A stretch of 64,000 nucleotides of DNA. Source: Octopus vulgaris. Lineage: Eukaryota. Positions 57,781 to 64,000 of the stretch are shown here, piece after piece. The first letter of the stretch is position 1; each line of letters starts with the position of its first letter. The position numbers and the translations under genes were made by a program. The stretch spans positions 47,740,001-47,804,000 of the forward strand of contig OX597835.1 in assembly GCA_951406725.2 (NCBI GenBank), read 5' to 3'. The notes below the pieces were generated by a model. That model searched no databases, had not been told where the DNA came from, and saw only the letters and a list, made by a program, of their open reading frames with translations.

Positions 57781-58354
57781 TCTATATAAACTCACGCTCT
57801 CCCATCCAAAGCCAAATTTCATTCTTCATTTCTTCATTTGTTTGTTTAATTCGAATGGTTTAGTTTTGTTATTTATTTTTCTATTTACTTTATTCATTGT
57901 GTTTACGTTTTATTTCCTGTTTATTGTGTTTGTCTGCGAATTCCTGTCCATGAACTATCACAATTAATGTCGAGATTTTACAGATCCGTGGCCAGAAAAT
58001 GGTCAGTTATGAGGGAATAATCTACTCAATATTGACCCCTGAGTGTCTTGACTGACCAGCGGAGGAACGTATTGCATTACACTGTCTTTAATTTCTGTCC
58101 GATATTACGGCCGGTCCCTGGGGGCCATGTATCAGATTATAGTCGTGTCGACGTGCAACCACTTTATAACAACTGTACATACGTATACACAACACGCACA
58201 CATACATATACGTATGCGTGTATATTGCGTGTATGCATGTTTATATATATGTATGTGTTTATGTGTGCGTGCGTGTATATATATATATATATACAGACAC
58301 ATATATTTTATATTTATATGCATACATACACAATATGTATGCATATATATGTAT

Positions 58355-58392
<38 letters not shown>

Positions 58393-59825
58393 GCACCAGG
58401 ATACAACATATATATCAATGTATGTTTGCGAGTATGTATGTGTACATATATATATATACACATATAAACACTCAAATATATCTATATTTATATATAGGTG
58501 TGTGTGTTTGTGTGTGTGTGTGTATATGTGCGTAATTAGATGGACAGATATGCGTGTCTATGTGCAAACACTTAAGTATATGTGTATGTATGTATTTAAC
58601 GTAGTAACATAAGCATTATCTTTTCCTGGTGGCATCTTAGAGCTGGGTCTTCCCTGGACTCTGTTGTAATTCTGGAAGTGAAAGACAAGACAGTGACTAG
58701 TCATGTGATGTGCGATGTTGCCCTGAAAAAAAAAGAAGACACCTCAAATTTCATACTGTTTCTATAAATCGATATTAGATCGGTCTTTCTGTACTTTATT
58801 AGGGCGTGTTTATTTATGTTATGATATTTCTCAGTCGTACATGATTGTATATATTTGAAAAGGGTGGCTCTCGACAGTACAGACTATATATATATTGTGG
58901 TAAAATGCGTCACTTCTGCAAAATGAGCATCGACGCTTATTTGCAAAGAACAGAATATGAAGGGGTCTACAAAAAATGCATGGTGCGATGCAGGAATCTA
59001 CTAACATAGAGCATGTATACTTGAACAATCGACCATATACATTTTATATTTGGCTGAGAAACATCACATCGTATACAATATTACTAACAAAGAAACGAAG
59101 GACCGAGGTAATGTTTAATTGCAAGCATCATATGAAATATTAGCCATCAACATCCTGCCATCTTGTCTATAAATTCAGCAACTATCATATATACACACAT
59201 GCATGCATAAATAGATAGATGGTGCCTGTCTACTCGTAGACAAGCAAAAGTTACCTTATTCTAGATGGTAAGACAATCATCGTCATCAATGCCTGTCATG
59301 GAATTTATATCAATAACAGCTTACACAACGACGCTAGGAAACTCACCTACAAAGCCAAGTAGTCCAGAACAAGGGAAGACAAGATATCATGCTGCGCAGC
59401 GGAGCGGGTCTTCCTAGGAAGATATCTAAACAAAGACTATGAGTCTTTCAATCTTATCCGTTGGAAGCCCTCTATATACGTATTTTTATTCGTATAAATG
59501 TCTGAAGTTATATGTATTATGCTACGTGTATGCATATAGGCACCTATGTGTATATGAAGAAGAGTTTGCGTACATATATATACATGTGGGTGTGTATGAA
59601 TATGCGTGTATGTATTAGTACGTTCATACATAATTATGTTTGCGTGTGTGTGTGTGTATGTGCATGTACGTATACATGTTTGTGTGAGTGTGTACGTATG
59701 TTGACGCCTTGAACGCAGGAGGTTTATGTCTATCTATTGTGAGAATATGGTTGTGTGTATATTTTTATGTATATATTTTATATATTTTTTATAATTTTTC
59801 TGTTTTTATCTATCTGTCTCTCTTC

Positions 59826-60003
<178 letters not shown>

Positions 60004-60046
60004 CTCTCTCTATATATATATATATGTGTAATTCTTATTCAATAAT

Positions 60047-60231
60047 GTTGCTGACAGCGGCTTCCAAGTTTCGGCCAGCCATCTAAATCTGACCATGGCT
60101 CGGCCGAAAGCTCGGAGTCACTCTCAACAGCATCTTTGTATAAGTATAAGACTTTGAATTTTTTTTCAATAATAAGAATATATATGACTTCAGATGTTTG
60201 CCTTGCCTTAACTTTTGTTGTCATCTTTAAC

Positions 60232-60235
<4 letters not shown>
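60047..60235 (+). mobile_element. TA-flanked fragment with head-to-head inverted arms and a decayed HHR
   Basis: tttcggccagccat / atggctcggccgaaa; CTGACCA t ggc-tcg-gcc GAA agct C at 60089-60113. Confidence 0.5.
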
Positions 60236-60274
<39 letters not shown>

Positions 60275-60276
<2 letters not shown>

Positions 60277-61309
60277 TAAACAGTAAAAATAATTACAGAC
60301 ATGGACAAGAACATGAAACACCACAGAGACGACACAAGAACCACAGGACGGGACATTCGAAGCCCTCAGTCATCAGTCAAGAACCAGATCATCTTAGCAA
60401 TTTCGGCTGATTAATCTTGAGATTGCTCCGATATGGGCAGCCCGCCATGGGAAATCTAAGCCAAGCGCATTAGATCCCATGGAAGAAAGCTTCGAATGTA
60501 TACAACACGAGGACGGAAAACGAACGAAGTACACGAACAAAAATACAGAATACGTGACACCAATAAGAATACAAAAACGTAAAAACAATAACGGTAAAAA
60601 TAAAAAACAGAACAGAACCAGGACGTAGGACAAGGGTCTTTCGACAGGACGAGTTGAGTTTGGGGCTGGCTTATGAAGTTGTGCCTAATGGCCGCAGGGA
60701 GACGAACAAATACGTGTTGCTTCGGCGACTGCTGGAACGAAAAGAGCGCTCAACAGTGGCTAGCGGTCACGTGAGAACAAAAGACAGGAGAAACGGACAG
60801 ATGAAAAGAGAGAGAAGGTGGACGAGGGAGGAGAAGAAAGAGACAGATCGAGGGGGCTGGAGGTGAGAGAGATAGAGAAACGTAGAAGGGGGGGGGGAAC
60901 GGATGGAGAGGGAAAGAAAGGAAGGGGAATAAGGGAGGAGAGAGAGAGAGAAAGAGACAGATTAAGAGTCGTATCAATGCTAGAGAAAAAATATACTTAT
61001 CGTATAAGGACAATTGTGGATACGTAGCCGCCGATTATATAGGTAAACAGTAAACATAATTACAGACATGGACAAGAACATGAAACACCACAGAGACGAC
61101 ACAAGAACCACATGACGGGACATTCGAAGCCCTCAGTCATCAGTCAAGAACCAGATCATCTTAGCAATTTCGGCTGATTAATCTTGAGATTGCTCCGATA
61201 TGGGCAGCCCGCCATGGGAAATCTAAGCCAAGCGCATTAGATCCCATGGAAGAAAGCTTCGAATGTATACAACACGAGGACGGAAAACGAACGAAGTACA
61301 CGAACAAAA

Positions 61310-61312
<3 letters not shown>
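60275..61312 (-). mobile_element. (TA)n-embedded non-coding element with ~270-bp direct terminal repeats (767-bp period)
   Basis: 60275-60545 is repeated at 61042-61312 with about 2 mismatches; (TA)n on both sides; strand inferred from the T-rich tail. Confidence 0.8.
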
Positions 61313-61383
<71 letters not shown>

Positions 61384-61407
61384 TTACATATATATATATA
61401 TATATAT

Positions 61408-61631
61408 GCAATAAAGAGTGGAATATAATTATCCAGAAACGATTCGTCTATAATTAATCCATAGGCTGGGATTTCGTTATTTTCTGCCTTTTTTGCCATA
61501 TACAGCTTACAAATTCTGTTTGTTTGTGGAGACTTTTTATTAGTAGAGGAAATAGTGATCAATTTTGGCTGCTATTTCTAATATTTTCGGTATGTGGTTT
61601 TGAGCAACTTGTTGCAATTAACCCTTAATTA

Positions 61632-61637
<6 letters not shown>
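61408..61637 (+). mobile_element. 5'-truncated relative of the 12905 family
   Basis: GAAACGATTCGTC half-HHR, gctgctatttctaat..gtatgtgg, ends accct.aatt into (TA)n. Confidence 0.5.
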
Positions 61638-61666
<29 letters not shown>

Positions 61667-61925
61667 GCACGGTTTAATGGTTAGTGTATTTAGCTCATTA
61701 TCACCAGTTCGATTCCTGGCGGCGCATTGTTTTATTGAGCAGGACACTTTATTTCACGTCGTTCCAGTCCCCTCAGTAAGACAAAAATGTGCTGCACTTA
61801 TGTGTCTAGAGTTGGAAGGGTCAGTTTTGTCACATTCTCTTTCACATTGAGTCTCGTTGAGAACTAAGTTAAGGGTATTCGTGTCTCTGCTATGCTCAGC
61901 CTCTTCACACGTCAGCATTAAACAT
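61667..61925 (+). mobile_element. SINE family C copy
   Basis: ggtttaatggttag (A box), gttcgattcc (B box), ttgagcaggacactttatttcac. Confidence 0.78.
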
Positions 61926-61991
61926 TGTCGATCGGCACTTTTCGGACGATAATGGTCCTTGTTAGTGTATGTTTTCATTCACGTGTGATTG

Positions 61992-62031
<40 letters not shown>

Positions 62032-62826
62032 GAGAGAGAGAGAAAGAGAGAGAGTGAGAGAGAGAGAGTGAGTGAGAGAGAAGAGGCGAGAGAGAGGGAA
62101 AGAGAGAGACAGAGACAGGGAGGGGCAGAAAGATATATAAAGTGTTTGCCAGATACCAAGATAGGTACGTAGATTAAACGATATCTAATACATATCCAGT
62201 CTTTGTGCCATACGGTTCAAATTTAGAATTTTTTTCGAAATTTTCTCGTTGATTCTTTTAATATCAGCAACTTTAAAGATCGTTCTGATACAAAAATATT
62301 GCTACAACATTACCACGACTACCAACACAAACAACAGCATTAAAAATCGCTGTCGCCATCTCCACCGCCACTTACGTTTCAGACGAAGCACTTCGGCCTC
62401 CCCCATTTTCTGCTGGGCGCCATTTCTTCTCCAATGTTTGTTGAAACGCTGGCTCAACAAACGCAACCATTATTGAAAGTCAAACGATAGACGTGACCTT
62501 AGAAACTTCTTATTGAAGATCGAAGTCGGCGGCGGTGTGGAGGTGGGTTGAATGGTTTTCGGGGAGATGTTTTGTCTTCGTAACAAAGGGGTTTCAATAG
62601 AAGATAAAAATATAACGAACATAAAAAATGCCATGTCTACAACATCAACAATATTTAGTGTATCTTCGGAATCTTCGAAACTAAAGGTTATAAAAACTGC
62701 AGTTATATCTGATAGTTTCCGCATGTTTACACATACATACGTACATAACTACATACAAGCATACACACACACAAACACACACTACATAAGAGAAAGAGGA
62801 AATGAGAATCACCATTTTCTTACATG

Positions 62827-62871
<45 letters not shown>

Positions 62872-62949
62872 CATATGTAAGTATCTATGTACATACATAC
62901 ATACATATATACATACATACATACATATATATATATGCATATATATTTC

Positions 62950-63325
62950 TCTTTCATTTTTTACACGTTTCAGTTATTTAACTGCGGCCATGCAGGAGCA
63001 CCGGTCTATAAAATTTTAGTCGGAAAAATCGACCCCAAGACCTACTCATTGTAAGTCTAGTATTAATTCTATCGGTCTCCTTTTGTCGAACGGGGACATA
63101 AACACACCAACATCGGTTGTCAAGCGGTGGTGGGGAGACAAAGACAGACACAAAAGACACATACACATAAATATATATACGACAGGCTTCTTTCAGTTTC
63201 CGTCTATGAAATCCACTCACAAGTATTTATTTGGCCTGAGGAAATAGTAGAATACACTTGCTGAAGGTGGCCACACAGTGGGACTGAACCCGGAACCATA
63301 CGGTTCTTACCACACTGCCACGCAC
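62950..63325 (-). mobile_element. SINE family A
   Basis: actgcggccatgcaggagcacc ... cagtgggactgaacccggaacc. Confidence 0.88.
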
Positions 63326-63375
63326 ATATCTATATATATATAATATGTATATATACATACATACATACACACACT

Positions 63376-63430
<55 letters not shown>

Positions 63431-63647
63431 TATATATATATATATAACAATTACAAACCGCATACGCACATCAACACACATATGCATACATACAAACACA
63501 TAAACAGGCGTATGATTGTTGTAAGTATATATGTGTGTGTGTATGTGTGTGTGTCGACACACAGACACACAGGCATATTTATGTGTATTTCTACTTACAT
63601 ATTTATATATACATACACAGAACCGTTCTGGTTACGTGATTACAGAC

Positions 63648-63700
<53 letters not shown>

Positions 63701-63812
63701 CATATACATGTATGCATATATATAAGTACGCATCATCATATGCATATATCATATATATCTACACACGTTAAGATAGTTACATGCATATAAATATATTATG
63801 CGCTTGCCTGTA

Positions 63813-63844
<32 letters not shown>

Positions 63845-64000
63845 TAAAAGAGAGAGAGAGAGAAAGAGAGAGACTGTGTGCTGAAGATTAACAGAACCAC
63901 ATGGCATGAAAGCAGTCGGTGGGGGAACATGTTTCAATTCCAATGTTTGTACAAGGTTCTTTGATGAAAAGTTCAGTGGAGCCTAGTGTGGTACAGCTAC

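Noticed and set aside
59223-59246. Hairpin tgcctgtctac-tc-gtagacaagca
   Set aside because: Short single palindrome with no context
59294-59312. tgtcatggaatt resembling the miR-281 5' end
   Set aside because: The match ends after about 12 nt and no precursor hairpin is evident
62249-63019. Overlapping short ORFs on both strands
   Set aside because: No recognisable product; the longest runs into TA repeats and a SINE
63881-63925. CTGAAGA...GAAAGCAGTC hammerhead-like spacing
   Set aside because: Stems I and II cannot form

Overview
AT-rich, extremely microsatellite-dense animal genomic DNA. The tRNA-derived SINE families and repeat landscape suggest an octopus or other coleoid cephalopod (inference, no search run). 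I find no intact host protein-coding gene; nearly all ORF-track entries are translations of simple repeats. Recognisable content is about 25 SINE copies in three families, a decayed Mutator-like (FLYWCH-MULE) transposon, a non-autonomous Helitron, a hAT-like MITE, a CR1-like LINE 3' end and two decayed Penelope-like GIY-YIG remnants. The main unexplained structure is a set of short non-coding elements, mostly embedded in or abutting (TA)n tracts, that carry type I hammerhead-ribozyme (HHR) motifs with self-complementary stem III sequences. There are three canonical cores (17459-17540 -, 21740-21780 -, 44327-44407 +), a tandem pair 557 nt apart (12967-13018 and 13524-13575), and several variant or decayed copies. 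Many have inverted or direct terminal duplications, consistent with Penelope pseudo-LTR or retrozyme-like elements. All pairings were read by eye; none was computed.
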